A DNA stretch of 63,719 nt, filler included, from Octopus bimaculoides (GCF_001194135.2; 5 parts of 5 records of this genome joined end to end with filler, not necessarily neighbours in it); one strand, 5' to 3'. Positions 27,103 to 41,069 are shown, counted from the first letter of the whole stretch. Notes: generated from the letters alone by a model not told the origin. Program-made: numbers and translations.

Positions 27103-27350
27103 TCGAATGACTTGAAGGTATAGTTACAACCTAACGACGTGAAGTCATGGGAACAGTCCAATGCGTTTAGGTTATGATCACAATGTAATGACTTACAGAC
27201 CTGGTCATGGTCTAATGACTTGAAAATATGATCACAGTCTAAGACTTGAAGGCATGGTCATAGTCTAATGACTTGAACGTTTGATCACAGTCTAATGACT
27301 TGAAGGTATGGACACAGTGTAACGTGTAGCCAAGATCACACTCTAATGAC
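27103..27350. repeat. degenerate ~27-bp minisatellite, about 9 units
   Basis: Consensus approximately AGTCTAATGACTTGAAGGTATGATCAC, repeated in tandem. Confidence 0.8.
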
Positions 27351-28890
27351 TGAAACCAGTAATAAAAGAATAAATGAATAAATTATGAATGAAATGTAAA
27401 TTTCGCTTTATATCGCCATTATTCGAAATATTCTTTAGAAATGAAAATAATTTTTTTTTAATGGCTGTTTAAAGATATTCTTAATCGGAAACTTCATGCA
27501 AAAGAAAACTGCAATAAATAAATAAATATTTACAATAAACAAAATATTTTGTTAAATGACGAAATGTTTTGTCAACATTCTAAATTTTTTCCTTTGAAAT
27601 TAACAAAAATTCCAAGAATTCCGCAGAAGAATGAGTGTTAAATATTGCGTTTTGTTTTCATCTGAATTAAAGACAAGTTTGAAACATTTACAACTTGAAA
27701 ACTTATTAGTTTTCGATATTTCTAATAAACTTACACCTGCGTTTATCGCCTGCAGTCGAACTGCTTCGAAATTATATTAAATACATAAATATTTGCACAT
27801 TGCGATGTCTGTACAAGGCAATTAGACATTATTACAAACTTTGATAGTCATTAAAACAAGACTATAGGATATTATTGAAATACTGTGCTATTATATTAAG
27901 TGCAAATATTATTAAAATCTTACTTCATCTCTGCTATTATAATCTACGATCTGTAATATCATAATCTATCATAACACTTTTAATAAATAGTTTCAAACGA
28001 AGAAATCTGTTACTATCTCAGCAAGATTATTCCTTCGAACATCGGAATTTAGAAAGTAAAATATATTTCATTAATACGTATGTCCTCTCTATCTCTCTCT
28101 CTCTCTCTCTCTTAATCACTTTCTTTCTCTCTATTTCTCTCCCCACTGCTTTCCATTTGCTGCTACTATAATAGTTAAGTAAATTAGCAATGCAATATAT
28201 CAGGCATATCTGTATCCTGCATAACAGTAACACAGAGCCGCAGGTGTGGCTGTGTGTAAGAAGCTCGTTTTGTAAACACGTGGTTTCGGGTTCAGTATCA
28301 CTTGAGGAAATGTCTTCTACTATAGCTCCATGACTCAATGCTTTTTGAGTGAATTTGGTAAGCAGAAACTGAAAGAAGACTGTCGTATATATATATATAT
28401 ATATATATAGCAGTTAAATACTATTCCACTACCAGAATGCGAGTTCTTACTCGTCTATATGAATTCGGAAGTGCTGGTTTTTGGATATAAGCTGTTCGAT
28501 GGTGCTTGGTCGAATACATATCTTAATTATTAGCACTCTCAGATTTATAATCGAAATACTATACTGAAGACAAAATAAGTGAGTAAGGTGTTTTACATCT
28601 CTTTAATCCAGAAACGCGTATATAGTTAATCAAAGCCGGGTGGATTCCTTATTTTTTCTCTTTGTCTGCGTGAGTTGAGAGTATTGCTGTCTGGGAGATA
28701 TTTTATGGTAGTGGAATAGTATTTAACTGCTATTTCTAAATTTCGGTATGAGGTGAAGCAATCTTTGCTTAACCCTAATTATAATTATGTTTATAATTAT
28801 AAAATTTTTGTATAAGTTTGCCGATAATGGTTCTTTTAACATACCGAGCTACTTGGTAAAATTATTAATTATTAGTTTTACCCTATATCA

Positions 28891-28969
<79 letters not shown>

Positions 28970-29389
28970 CGAGTGAATGAACAAACGAAATTGGTACTCA
29001 ACGCAGTGGGTATGAGTTACACATATTATTTAAGAACAGTTTCACTCAGCTCCACCATACGACTTAAAGTTTCGTAGACTCGTCACATGGATCTTACTTG
29101 TCAGGGATCTAGATGCCACTAAACCTTTTTGACAGGTTTTACTTTGTCAATTAAATTACACCAGCTGGTATCTTTCGTACGTTAATTGCCCAACTGAGTG
29201 AAACTAACTCAGACACCAGCAAATTAGAAAAGTCACCCCTAACCATCACTCTCATGCAAGTATATCTTAGTAGCATGTACCGTATTTCGCTTATTGTTTT
29301 AAGTGCCTATATAGACACGAGAAGTCAGATACCTACTCAGCCTTTCAACCTCGATCTAGCAGAACATCGAAGAGAGAGCTGCGCTTGCA

Positions 29390-29512
29390 CTCGTTTCAGT
29401 GGACTGGAGTGATGCAAAATACAGTACTACCTTGCTCAACGACATAATGAACCACCCTGCTCAGGAAGCGAACCTATGAACCCCACACTCTAGCCTCTAG
29501 ACCACGCCTCCT
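29390..29512 (-). mobile_element. degenerate tRNA/CORE-like SINE
   Basis: Minus strand reads GGAGGCGTGGTCTAGAGG..GGTTCGCTTCC..GTTGAGCAAGG..CTCCAGTCCAC. Confidence 0.55.
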
Positions 29513-30406
29513 TCTAATACAAGGAAAACACGATATTAGTCAATCATATTTTATCGGACGAAAAATATCTAACGGATAGTGCAAGGACGATGTATTGGCA
29601 GAGCATCGGACAGAATATCTTAATGTGCTTAGTTTACCCTCTTTATATTCTAGTTTCGAAACTCACAGAAGTCAAGGTTGTATTTCATCTATGGTCAATA
29701 AAATAAGTAGCATTCAAGAACTCTTTCTTCCCACCTCTCAGAAAAAAACAAATGATTTGTTTTTGTGCCAAGTTAAGCAACCGTTATTTTCAGGCCACAA
29801 TGGATGTCATTTCTGAACGTGTATTACTTTTATTCTAAGCTCATCAGCAAAGTTTAACCGCCATCTTATGTATAAGCAGTGATGAAACAAGCATTAAATA
29901 TACAAGATTGCACAAGGGTTTGCGTAGAAAAATGGGAAATTTTGGAGTATACTTAATTAGGAAGCATTCACCAACCTACAAATATTGGTAACTGTCTTCT
30001 CCTCCTCCTCCTCATCCTCCTTTTATTAGAAATCCATTCAATGTGGTCGTCTGTAAATTGAATATTATATAATCATTTTATTCAATATGCTTACATTATT
30101 GTAATAGTGGTGGGGTACCATGTTCGTGATGACATAATTGCTCAATATATTTTTCCTAGTTTGGCATTTATTACTAAATATGCGACAAAAGACATAATTT
30201 GTTTATCTAAATAATGAAATAAATTTATTGAAACTGAAATTGTAAACTGCGAAACTGAAGTTTTAAACCAAATTTTAAAGACTTATACAAATTTAAATTA
30301 TTCGCGAAAATTTGATTATTCAGACAGGTGAAGATATGAAAGTTTACATTGACAATGATAATGTAATATTTTTTTCATCATATCATCTTTTATCATTCAT
30401 TTGCTT

Positions 30407-30640
30407 CTTATTTCTTTATTGCCCACAAGGGGCTACACACAGAGAGGACAAACAAGGACAGACAAACGGATTGAGTCGATTACATCGACCCCAGTGCGTA
30501 ACTGGTACTTATTTAATCGACCCCGAAAGAATGAAAGGCAAAGTCGACCTCGGCGGAATTTGAACTCGGAACGTAGCGGTAGACGAAATACCGCTAAGCA
30601 TTTCCCCCGGCGTGCTAACGTTTCTGCCGGCTCGGTCCCT
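30407..30640 (-). mobile_element. complete tRNA-SINE of the GGCAGAAxCGTTAGC family
   Basis: Minus strand reads GAGCCGGCAGAAACGTTAGCACG..GAGTTCAAATTCC..GCAATAAAGAAATAAGAA. Approximate flanking duplication AGAAGCAATGA / AGAAGCAAATGA. Confidence 0.85.
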
Positions 30641-30689
30641 CCGTCATTGCTTCTGTCATTGGAGTGCATCTGTGCTACAGTATCAACTT

Positions 30690-31193
30690 GAAAGGTTTAG
30701 TCGAAAAAATCGACCCCAGTATTTATTTCTAAATCTGATAACTTATTTCTATTGATCCCTTTTGTGGGACCACTAAGTAATTGGAATGTAAACAATCCAA
30801 CACCAGTTGTCAAACGATTGTAGGGAACAAACACTTACATGCATGCATGCATACATACATACTTACGTATGTATGTATGTGCGCATTGTTTGATGTATAG
30901 GGATTTATAAACTTTGAGAAAATATATTTACATTTAGTTAGTTATTTATTGGAAAGATGTAAGTCGGAGCAAATAAACCTATAAATAATCACTTGCAAAT
31001 ACTGGGTTGAAATACCCAATTTGGGGACAAAACGTTCGAACGATAGCCGTGGGTTTCGAACCCACATCTCCTGCAAATATGACAGGAGTTCTACCATTAG
31101 ACCAAATCAATCCTCCGAATTTCCATAGCCGTTTAAGAAATTTTATTCATTCTTATCAGCGAGAATTGCATGTTGCTGACGCCATATGAATGT

Positions 31194-31256
<63 letters not shown>

Positions 31257-31279
31257 TACATACATACATACACACACAA

Positions 31280-31316
<37 letters not shown>

Positions 31317-31555
31317 NNNNNNNNNNNNNNNNNNNNNNNNNNNNNNNNNNNNNNNNNNNNNNNNNNNNNNNNNNNNNNNNNNNNNNNNNNNNNNNNNNNN
31401 NNNNNNNNNNNNNNNNNNNNNNNNNNNNNNNNNNNNNNNNNNNNNNNNNNNNNNNNNNNNNNNNNNNNNNNNNNNNNNNNNNNNNNNNNNNNNNNNNNNN
31501 NNNNNNNNNNNNNNNNNNNNNNNNNNNNNNNNNNNNNNNNNNNNNNNNNNNNNNN

Positions 31556-31592
<37 letters not shown>

Positions 31593-31765
31593 CTCACACA
31601 CACACTAAGGCCTTCAACACAGTTTCAGTCAATCCATTTTACTCATAAGACATTGCGTTAGCTCGGGTCTATAGTAATAGACAATTGTGCAAAGAACCTC
31701 ACACTGAAAACTGAACCCAAAACCACGTTATTGCAAAGCGAATTTCTTAACCATACAACCATGCC
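30690..31765 (-). mobile_element. old microsatellite-containing SINE whose internal tract hosts a ~300-bp insert
   Basis: Degenerate 3' half at 30690-30835 and 5' half at 31610-31765. Confidence 0.6.
31042..31112 (-). pseudogene. tRNA-like cloverleaf (pseudo-tRNA or SINE head); nominal anticodon TAT
   Basis: T arm GTGGG-TTCGAAA-CCCAC is perfect. Anticodon stem CCTGT/GCAGG with loop CATATTT (non-canonical positions 33 and 37). D arm GGTC-TAATGGTA-GAAC. Acceptor stem GATTGAT/GGCTATC has two mismatches. Confidence 0.6.
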
Positions 31766-32807
31766 TGTGTTGATATCGATAAATTATATTGGAAATATGA
31801 AGAAATCTATACGTGACATATTTATGTAAAAGATATCACGGAAATAAAACAAAGTTCAATCGATTTCGAATTGAATTCAAATATAAAGATCAATTTTTTT
31901 TCCTTTATCAACATTAAAGGTGATAATGTTAGCATGAATCACCTTCTTAGCCGTTCGCTGACTCTCTTGTCAGAAGATGACATTGCTCTTACCGAAAACA
32001 ACGAGTTTATTATATATTCTCTCTAACATTTCGAAACTGTACAAAGCCACCACAAACTGATGAAAATAACTAAAACTCAATATCCGGAAATTCCATCCAA
32101 CCATAAGAATTTGAAACACTATTCATAAAACCGACAAAATGTCTGATTGTATATTTAGCGTCAGTCAAAGCTTGTTTACCAATAATGGAGATAGTATAGT
32201 CTTGACTTGACGTTGGTTTTTAAAATGTCTCCTGAACATACCAGTTGAAGAGATACAGCAAATGTCAACAATTGCATAATATTAAGAGAAGTATGCTGAA
32301 AATAGATTTTGTCCCTCCTCGAAGTTCTGGTGAGCATGAAACATTAATGACCTTCAGATTGTCAAATGCAAGTTTTTAATGAAAAAGACAACATACTTAT
32401 CCTAACATGCTTCATATTACGATAAGGGTATTACGATATAACATATACATATACATGTGTGTGTGTAGTGTGTGTAGTGTGTGTGCTTATGTATTTAAGT
32501 ATGTATGAATGTATGTATGCTTGCATGTGTATGCATGCATGTATAAGGAGCAGCATACACATATATACACACACACGCACACACACACATATATATACAC
32601 TTTGTATGTGCGTATATATTCGCATAAATTCTTTATACAAATATATATATCTATATAGGTACACATATACATACATATATATACATTTATATATATATAC
32701 TTACATACATATATACATATATATAATGTAAGTGCGTGCGTGCGTGCGTGCGTGCGTGCGTTTGTGTGTGTGTGCGAGAGTGCGTGTGTGTGTGTGTGTG
32801 TGTGTGC

Positions 32808-32838
<31 letters not shown>

Positions 32839-33393
32839 NNNNNNNNNNNNNNNNNNNNNNNNNNNNNNNNNNNNNNNNNNNNTTAATTAATTAANNNNNN
32901 NNNNNNNNNNNNNNNNNNNNNNNNNNNNNNNNNNNNNNGACAACTCGGCTCTCATGAGAGAAAACTTAATCTAGAGCAAAACAGCAGAACAAAAGTTGAA
33001 ACTCAGGTGGAGAAGACAATACTAGAAACCATGAACGTGTATGGCTGGGTGGTTAGGTGGTTGGTTAATTGGTTGGTTTAAATGAGACAATATGGATTAA
33101 TGAATCATAAATACAATAAATATTTAATAATAAGCAACTAATTTAGAAAAAACTTGTTTTATTTAACCCATTTATTATTTCATATATTGTATTTGGTGAA
33201 CAATAGCGTTGTTGGTTACAGGTTTCCAATAAACTAGTCATCAGTTCACAACATTACTGATCGTGAGCGGGATAAGGGATTGTCTGTGGAACTTGGTTTG
33301 GAACAAATATCACCAAGGGTGTTTTTATTTGACAGTACTAGTTTTTCTGTTTCTCTATAATGTTTACATCTTTTACCTTTATATATTGGTAAA

Positions 33394-33424
<31 letters not shown>

Positions 33425-33446
33425 CACATAAACATGTGCACACACC

Positions 33447-33862
33447 TTTTACCTTTCATCTGTTTCAGCCATTTGACTGTGGTCATGCTGGGTTAACACC
33501 TTGAAAGGTTTTTGTCAAATAAATCACCCCAGGACTCACTTTTTTAGAAGCCTGGTACTTAATCTTTTGCCAAACTGTTGGTACTTATTCTTTTGCCAAA
33601 CTGCTAAGTTACAGGGATGTAAACACACCAACATTGGTTGTCAAGTGGTGGGCAGAGGAGGGGAACAAACACAGACATACACACGTAAATATATACATAT
33701 AGATGATGGGCTTCTTTCAGTTTCCATCAACCAAATCCACTCACAAGACTTTGGTCAGCCCAAGGCTATAATAGAAGACACTTGCTCAAGGTGCCATGCG
33801 GTGAGACAGAACTCAGAATCATGTGATTGGGAAGCAAGCTTCTTACCACAGCCACACCTGCC
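33447..33862 (-). mobile_element. full-length microsatellite-containing SINE with a short internal tract
   Basis: Both halves are contiguous around a short CA/TA tract. Further copies lie at about 37430-37812 (-), 40288-40660 (-), 47161-47550 (-) and 60258-60608 (+). Confidence 0.85.
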
Positions 33863-34254
33863 TCCAAATGTATACAAACTTTTCAGCAATCTTTCATTCA
33901 ATGCACAACAAATTGGAAAGAAATATGCCAAACTAGTATACAATGAAACCAGTCTTTAATTTGTAGAAAACCCACTCAAACCTTATGTTTGTGATAATGG
34001 AACCAAGTAAACTCTTGAAAATAATCTGAGATGAGATTGTCCAAAGTTCCATACATGATGCAATATTTGTGCTTAATGTATGAGAGTGTATGATGTTGTT
34101 AGTAGCCATTATGATGGGGACAACTACGTAATTCATACACAAATTCATAGACACACACACACACACACAAATATCACTATAACCTTTCATCACAAGATCA
34201 CCTCCCCCAATGTCCCCTCCCCTCCTGAAATTTTTTTTTTTTTTTGTCTTGCAA

Positions 34255-34557
34255 GTACTTGGTGATCCTGTCAGTGCAGGTGTAACTTTAAAACACCCAC
34301 TCCACACTGTAAAGTGATTGGTGTTCGGAAGGGAGTCCAGCTGTAAAAACCTTGTCAAAACCGATCCCGCTTGTGCCACACAAAAAGCACTAAGTCCACT
34401 CTGATGAGTGGCTGGTGTTAGAAAGAGCATCCAGCTGTAAAAATCCTGCTAAAACAGTCACAGAAGTCTAGTGCAGGTTTCTGTTGGCCAGCTCTTGTGA
34501 AACCATCCTACTCATACTAGCATGGAAGGCAGATGTTAAACAACGATGATGATGATG
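34255..34557 (+). mobile_element. probable LINE (RTE-type) 3' UTR ending in (GAT)n, with an internal duplication
   Basis: Two copies of GGTGTT.GAA.G.G..TCCAGCTGTAAAAA. Ends CTAGCATGGAAGGCAGATGTTAAACAAC(GAT)n. A related copy lies at 41325-41482. Confidence 0.6.
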
Positions 34558-34684
34558 TGGAATGGAGAGAAGCAGAAAGTAAAAGATTTGCTAATGTTCC
34601 ATGACATGAGGTATTTTGGATTGCAAGATAAATGTGACTCTGTAATGATTTGGCAATTATTTTCCTTTCAATTTGTTGTCCACC

Positions 34685-34905
34685 TAAGGTGGTGAGCTGG
34701 CAGAATCATTAGCACTCCAGGCAAAATGCTAAGTGGCATTTCATCAATCTTCACATTCTGAGCTCAAATTCCGCCAAGGTCAACTTTGCCTTTCATCCTT
34801 TCGGTGTCAATAAAATAAGTACCAGTTAAACACTGGGGTTGATGTAATCAACTTATCCCCTTCCCTGAAATTGCTGCCTTGAGCCAAAATGTGAAACCAA
34901 TTTGT
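34685..34905 (+). mobile_element. tRNA-SINE, GGCAGAAxCGTTAGC family
   Basis: GGTGGTGAGCTGGCAGAATCATTAGC..GAGCTCAAATTCC..CACTGGGGTTGATGTAATC. Many other copies occur, for example 44455-44645 (+), 47630-47815 (-), 51310-51470 (+), 59025-59200 (-), 59225-59400 (+) and 60733-61000 (+). Confidence 0.8.
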
Positions 34906-36399
34906 TGTCCACCATTATATGTACCTCATACAAAAGACCACCCCCCTTTATATACACACACACACACACACACACATAGTCTGGAACAGGTTTCAGTTAC
35001 TGAACTGTGACTATACTAGAGTACTTTCATCCAAAGTTTAGTGAATCAGATTGGCTCCAATGTTTAACTTTAAGACTGCTGCCATATTGATATCTATTTG
35101 TTAAACCATTAGTTTATGGAAAATATACAACAGCACTGGTTTTTAAGCAGTGTCACCATAAAGACAGTCTCTGAGACCTAGATCATTATGTTTGGTAGAA
35201 ACACACAGAATGGTCTTCCTTACAGTTTCCATCAACCAAATACCACCCACAAAGCGTTGGTCGAACCAAACCAACAGTAGACAACCTGGATGCAAAGCAG
35301 AGTTCTTAATCACATGGCCATATTTATTTCAGACTAAGAAGACCTCAATTTAGTAAAATCAGGTGGTTGTTTTAAAAAATACATTAAGAAATTAATAAAG
35401 TATGTATAAAAAAAATGTGGAAGAGTAACATTTCAGGCCAGACACTTTCTTGGACGATTAACAAAGAGAAATGGGTTGAATAGGTATTGAAAGAAGGGTA
35501 CATACAGTATCTAGGGAATAATAAATGGGAATGAGATAGAAGAAATTCAGAAAGTTATTAAATTGTTGTTGTTGTTTAAGCTCTCTAAGTCCATCAGTCA
35601 TTATCTAATAGGCCTAAAATCAAAAGTATTCCAGGCATTACGAATTTGTCTGTATTTCAAGCAGTATATTGAGGACTGGATTATCCAATTGGTCCTGCCT
35701 TTTTTAATTACAATAAGATGTGGTTTGAGAAAAATTTCTTGTTACTGGAAGAGGTATAGTGATGACCTTTAAAAGATTGCTTTCAAATTAAAGGTATGGG
35801 AAACATGTTTTAATCAGGAGGCTACTGCTTCAGGGCAGACTTGTAGTTAACCCATTAGAATTCAAATCTAAAGCTTATTTATTCATATTGTTTTGAATTA
35901 ATCATGCATACTCTTATAGCTTTGAGAATTCAATGATGTGATTATTCATTTTTAGAACGACATAGTAGGATAGGAGGGAGAAGCCAGATCTGGATGGTTT
36001 GAACATGTAAAATATTTGGGCCAGATATGGCCGGTTAAAATGCTAAAGGTTAAACATCACCACCACCATGTTCTACCACACCACACTAATGTAGACTAGA
36101 CTATTATGTTTAATAAAAACACACACAAAAAAAAACTGATGGTCATAGCTGTAATCACAGAGTTGACCTGGGCTAAAAAAAGACAATGAACAACCATATA
36201 AAAAGAAAATGATAGGTGTGTTGGAATGTGTAGCAAGAGTGACTCAATAATACACAACCATACTGATCAAACTAATAATGCAAGAGTCTGTACATGGTGG
36301 TTCAACTTAGTAGAAATGGTAATCAAATTTCCTTTGAATCTCATCAAAGTGTTTTAAAAATGGAAAAGGAGACACTATGCATCCAGGATAGTGTAGTCC

Positions 36400-36650
36400 A
36401 AATGCAGTGTCTTCATCAGATCCTTGGTGTCTCTCTAATCTTAAACAACATCCGAGAACAATGTCACCAAAACTGCCACACCAACTTTTGTGGCTGCAGT
36501 GCACCAAAGAAGACAAGGGCAAAACAAATTGAGGAAGACCTAAAGTCACAGCACTTTGACCTCGGGCATGCTAAGGCCAGTGCCATGAATTGGAAAATGT
36601 GGAATAGCATCATCACCAGAATCCAGTGGCACCCACAGCAATGTATTGCT
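36400..36650 (+). mobile_element. RTE-type LINE ORF C-terminal remnant
   Basis: APKKTRAKQIEEDLKSQHFD..ASAMNWKMWNSII resembles the GRPRKTW..xxEDL..A.DRxxWR terminus of RTE ORFs. Confidence 0.5.
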
Positions 36651-37904
36651 GAAGAGGACAACCTTCCTCTCCATCTAGGGATTAAAGAAGTAGTAGTCCT
36701 GAATACACTATACCTTAAAAATATAAACAACATGGATGATCAAGGTTTCAGTACCTTTGGCAATAGAAATTCCGAATCAAGGCTTACTTGGTGTTAATCA
36801 TCATCATCCAATAAACAGTTACGGATAAACAAATCCAATGCATTTTTAATGAAATTTCCAAGTTTCATAGGAAACAGAAATGGAAATGCAGCCCCTGTCC
36901 CCCCATACACACAAAACTGCTCACAAGAGATATCAATGAAATCATGAGAAAATCATTTTTCATATTCCCTCATCCGTGGTATAATGAATTTGATGAGGTT
37001 GGTTTAGTATGAAGAAATGATAAATATTATTACACACAACATTCGTCTGACCTTTAATTTCTCAACAGATAGGTTTTGTTTAGTAATAATTTATAATTAG
37101 ACAGCTGTTATGGCCTACATTTAGAAGGAACCAGAGAGAGAGGGAGGGAGACAGCAAACATCTAGTGGGGGTAGCTATGTGTGTGCATATGTGCCCCCCC
37201 ACCCCTGCCCTTGAAAATTTAGAGGTGAAGCATATATACTGCCATCAATATTATTTGAACTTAATGTAAAAGGAGAATCTAAAACTACAATTTGTACAGC
37301 ATTCAGTCCACTGCGCTAACCATTTCTGCTTTTAGCACCACCATCTTAGCAATAATGATTCCTGATGTTGTTGCTAAGACAACAACTTCTGGAGAAGGAC
37401 ACATTTTATTAAATCAACCAGAGTACAACTTTTATCTTTTACTTGTTTCAGTCATTAGACTGCAGCCATGCTAGGGCACTGCCTTGAAGAATTTTTAGCC
37501 AAATGTACCAACTCCAATACCATTTCATCTTTTAAGCCTGGTACTTATTCAAGTAGTCTCTTTTGCTGAACCACTAAGTTACAGGGAAAAAAACAAACCT
37601 ACACCAGTTGTCAAGCAGTGGTAGGAGACAAACACAGACACACACACACATGTGACAAGCTTCTTTCTGTTTCTGTCTACCAAATCCACTCACAAGGCTT
37701 TGGTCAGCTCAAGGCTATAGTAGAAGACACTTGCCCAAGGTGCCACGCAGTGGGACTAAACCCAGAACCATCAAGTTGGGAAGCAAGATTCTTACCACAC
37801 AGCTATGCCTGCATCTACTTGACTGTTATATATATATTATACAGACTGCCAATATTGAAGATTATTATTATTATTATTATTACTATTATTATTATTATTA
37901 TTAA

Positions 37905-38310
37905 AGTGACGAGCTGGCAGAATCATTAGCATACTAGGTAAAATGCCTAGCGGTATTTCGTCTGCTGTTATGTTCTGAGTTCAAATTCTGCTGAGGTCGA
38001 CTTTGCCTTTCATTCTTTCAGGGTCGATAAATTAAGTACCTCCACCAAATTTCAGGCCTTGTGCCTATTATAGAAAGGATTATTATTATTATTAATGTGG
38101 TGAGCTGGCATAACTGTTAGCGTGCTAGGGAAAAATGCTTAACAACATTTCTTCCAACTCTTCTGAGTTCAAATTCCACTGGGGTCACCTTTGCCTTTCG
38201 TTCTTTCAGGGTCGCTAAAATAAGTACCAATTGATCACTGGGGTTGATATAATCGCCTTATCCCCTCCCCCAAACTTGCTGGCCTTGTTCCAAAATTTGA
38301 AATCATTATT
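37905..38310 (+). mobile_element. head-to-tail dimer of GGCAGAAxCGTTAGC-family SINEs joined by (ATT)n
   Basis: Copy 1 is at about 37905-38075, the (ATT)n linker at 38079-38095, and copy 2 at about 38097-38310. A long (ATT)n precedes the pair. Confidence 0.8.
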
Positions 38311-38369
38311 ATAATTTGTAGTACAGTCAATAAAATGACATTTGGCTTAAACATTTAAGCTCCATATTA

Positions 38370-38919
38370 GCAACCACAGTGATTATGATGGGTTCATCAA
38401 CACCACAGACAGCAGTGATTATACTTATTTACATCACAAACCACAACAATCATACTAGGTTTATTAACGCAAGCAAAAGTAATTATACTAGATATATTAG
38501 CACAAAAGAAATGATAGGTTTATTAACAAACCACAGTAATAATAATACTAGGTGTATTAACTCAAGAAATCATAGTAAAAATACTAGGTTTATTAACATA
38601 CTAGACTATAGTAATTATAGATACATTAACACAACAAATCACAGTTACAAGTTTAACACAACAGTCCACAGTCATTACACTAGATTTATTGATAGACTTG
38701 TTAACAAACCATAATAGTCCTTTTTACTATAGGCACAAGGTCTGAAATTCTGGGGGAGAGATTAGTCGATTACATCGACCCCAATGCATAACCGGTACTT
38801 ATTTCATCAACCCTGAAAGGATGAAAGCCAAAGCTGACCATGAGGGAATTTGAACTCAGTGTGAAGACAGATGAAATGTTGCTGTCCAGCACAAAAATGA
38901 TCTCGCCAGGTTGCTACCC

Positions 38920-38954
<35 letters not shown>

Positions 38955-39545
38955 GTTTCAAATTTTGACAAAAGGCCCGTGATTTCAGGGATTAAATGAA
39001 CCCTGGTGTTCAACTGGTATTTATTTCAACAACCCCAGTGTTCAACTGGTATTTACTCCAACAACCCCAAAAGGATGAAAGCAAAGTTGACCTCAGCAAA
39101 ATTTGAACTTAGAACATAAAGATGGATGAATTGCCACTAAGCATTTTTCCCAGAGTGCTAATGATTCTGCTAGCTCACCACCTGTAACAAACCATAATAA
39201 TAATACTAGGTATCTTAACAAGGCATAGTAATGATGCTAGGTTTACTAACACAAACTACAGTAATGATACTAGGTTTATCAACACAAACTGCAATATTAC
39301 TAAGTTTATTAACATAAAATCATGTTAATTATAAACAACAAAAGCCAAAATAATTATACTACGTTTATCATTAACAATAATATATGAGGTATGAGTTTAT
39401 TAACACTATTAACTGCTATAATTACAAGTTTACTTATATAACAAACCACAGAAATAATAGTTTTAACAAAACCAGCTACAATAACTGTACTAGACTTATT
39501 AACACAGCAAACCACAGTAATTGTACTTGATTTAATTAACACAAT
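38370..39545. repeat. degenerate ~33-bp minisatellite in two blocks (38370-38716, 39186-39545), split by a SINE dimer
   Basis: Consensus approximately ACAAACCACAGTAATAATACTAGGTTTATTAAC. It explains ORFs 38379-38714 and 39354-39542. Confidence 0.8.
38717..39185 (-). mobile_element. head-to-tail SINE dimer inserted in the minisatellite
   Basis: Two minus-strand copies are separated by a (TAA)n tract near 38921-38951. The direct repeat AACAAACCATAATA flanks them at 38703-38716 and 39186-39199. Confidence 0.75.
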
Positions 39546-40875
39546 AACTTAGTGTGACACACTAGAAGATGAAAAAGTCATGTTGCTAAGTTGGATTAAG
39601 ACTGCTGAAACAATTGGAATACAACTGCGTGTGATTATGTAAAGGATTTTCATTCAACATCCATTGTTCATAACTAAAATAAGCTTGACAGGGAGTTTAA
39701 TCAGACAACATTTTACAGGTAGATGCCTTTCTTGCCACTAAATGTTACCTGTTTTCTAAATAAAGGATGTTTTTAATTCCACAGCTTTTCAAAATGGGAA
39801 GTTACTGGTGGTGATGTCAACAACCAGTGGAAACATCACATTCCTGTTTCACTGTAGTATATCAACATTCACAAGCATGCGGACACGCACACATTTAGAC
39901 AAAAAGACAGACAGGTAGATATACAGATAGATGCATAGACAGATATACAAAATAAACAGTTGAATTTTTTTAGAAATTATGTCAGCCTCAAGAAGATGTG
40001 TTTACAATTAGCCAACTGGCAATTGAGAATAACTCCATATAAAAAGGGGTGATAATCTCAAGAATTAAATTTCTGTGAAGTTGACAAGTCATAGGAAAAG
40101 AACAAACATTTATATGTGTATGCATGGTGCAGGGTTCGATTCTCTGTGGAGGCTTTCTGGCCACTTTTCATCTTCTGAAGGGTATTTACCTAATTTTCTA
40201 AGCTGTCTACATAGCCCTCCTGTGTTCAAGGATTCTATCTCTCTTTCTCACTCTGTACATATACATGTATATGTATANNNNNNNNNNTTTTTATGTCATT
40301 TGACTGCGGCCATGCCAGAGCACAATCTTGAGAGGTCTTAGTCATACAAAAGGACCCCAGGACTTGCTTTTTTTAAAACCTAGTACTTATTTTATCAGTC
40401 TCTTATGCTGAAGTGCTAAGTTATGGGGACGTAGGCACACCAACACCGGTTGTCAAGCAGTGATTGGGGGGACAAACAGAGTCACAACAACAACACACAA
40501 CGAGCTTCATTCAGTTTCCTTCTACCAAATTCACTTACAAGGCTTTGATTGGCTCGAGGATATAGAAGATGATACTTGGCCAAAGTACCATGCATTGGGA
40601 CTGAAGAGGGAACAATGTGATTGGGAAGCAAGCTTCCTATCACACAGTATTGCCTCTGCATATATCTAAACACACACACACACATATATATACATACACA
40701 CATATATATACACACACATATATATATATATATATACATACATATATACATATATATACACACACACATATATGTATATATACACACAAATATATACAAA
40801 GACACATATATACATACATATATACAGACATACGTACATACATACAGACATACAAACAAATATGTACATACACAC

Positions 40876-40924
<49 letters not shown>

Positions 40925-41029
40925 NNNNNNNNNNNNNNNNNNNNNNNNNNNNNNNNNNNNNNNNNNNNNNNNNNNNNNNNNNNNNNNNNNNNNNNNNNNN
41001 NNNNNNNNNNNNNNNNNNNNNNNNNNNNN

Positions 41030-41069
<40 letters not shown>

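Noticed and set aside
27103-27350. Periodic repeat considered as a CRISPR-like array (also 38370-39545)
   Set aside because: The units are contiguous and degenerate with no unique spacers. The context is eukaryotic and there are no cas genes.
36294-36797. 167-aa plus-strand ORF as a host gene
   Set aside because: The central part matches the C-terminus of RTE-type LINE ORFs, so it is treated as a TE remnant.
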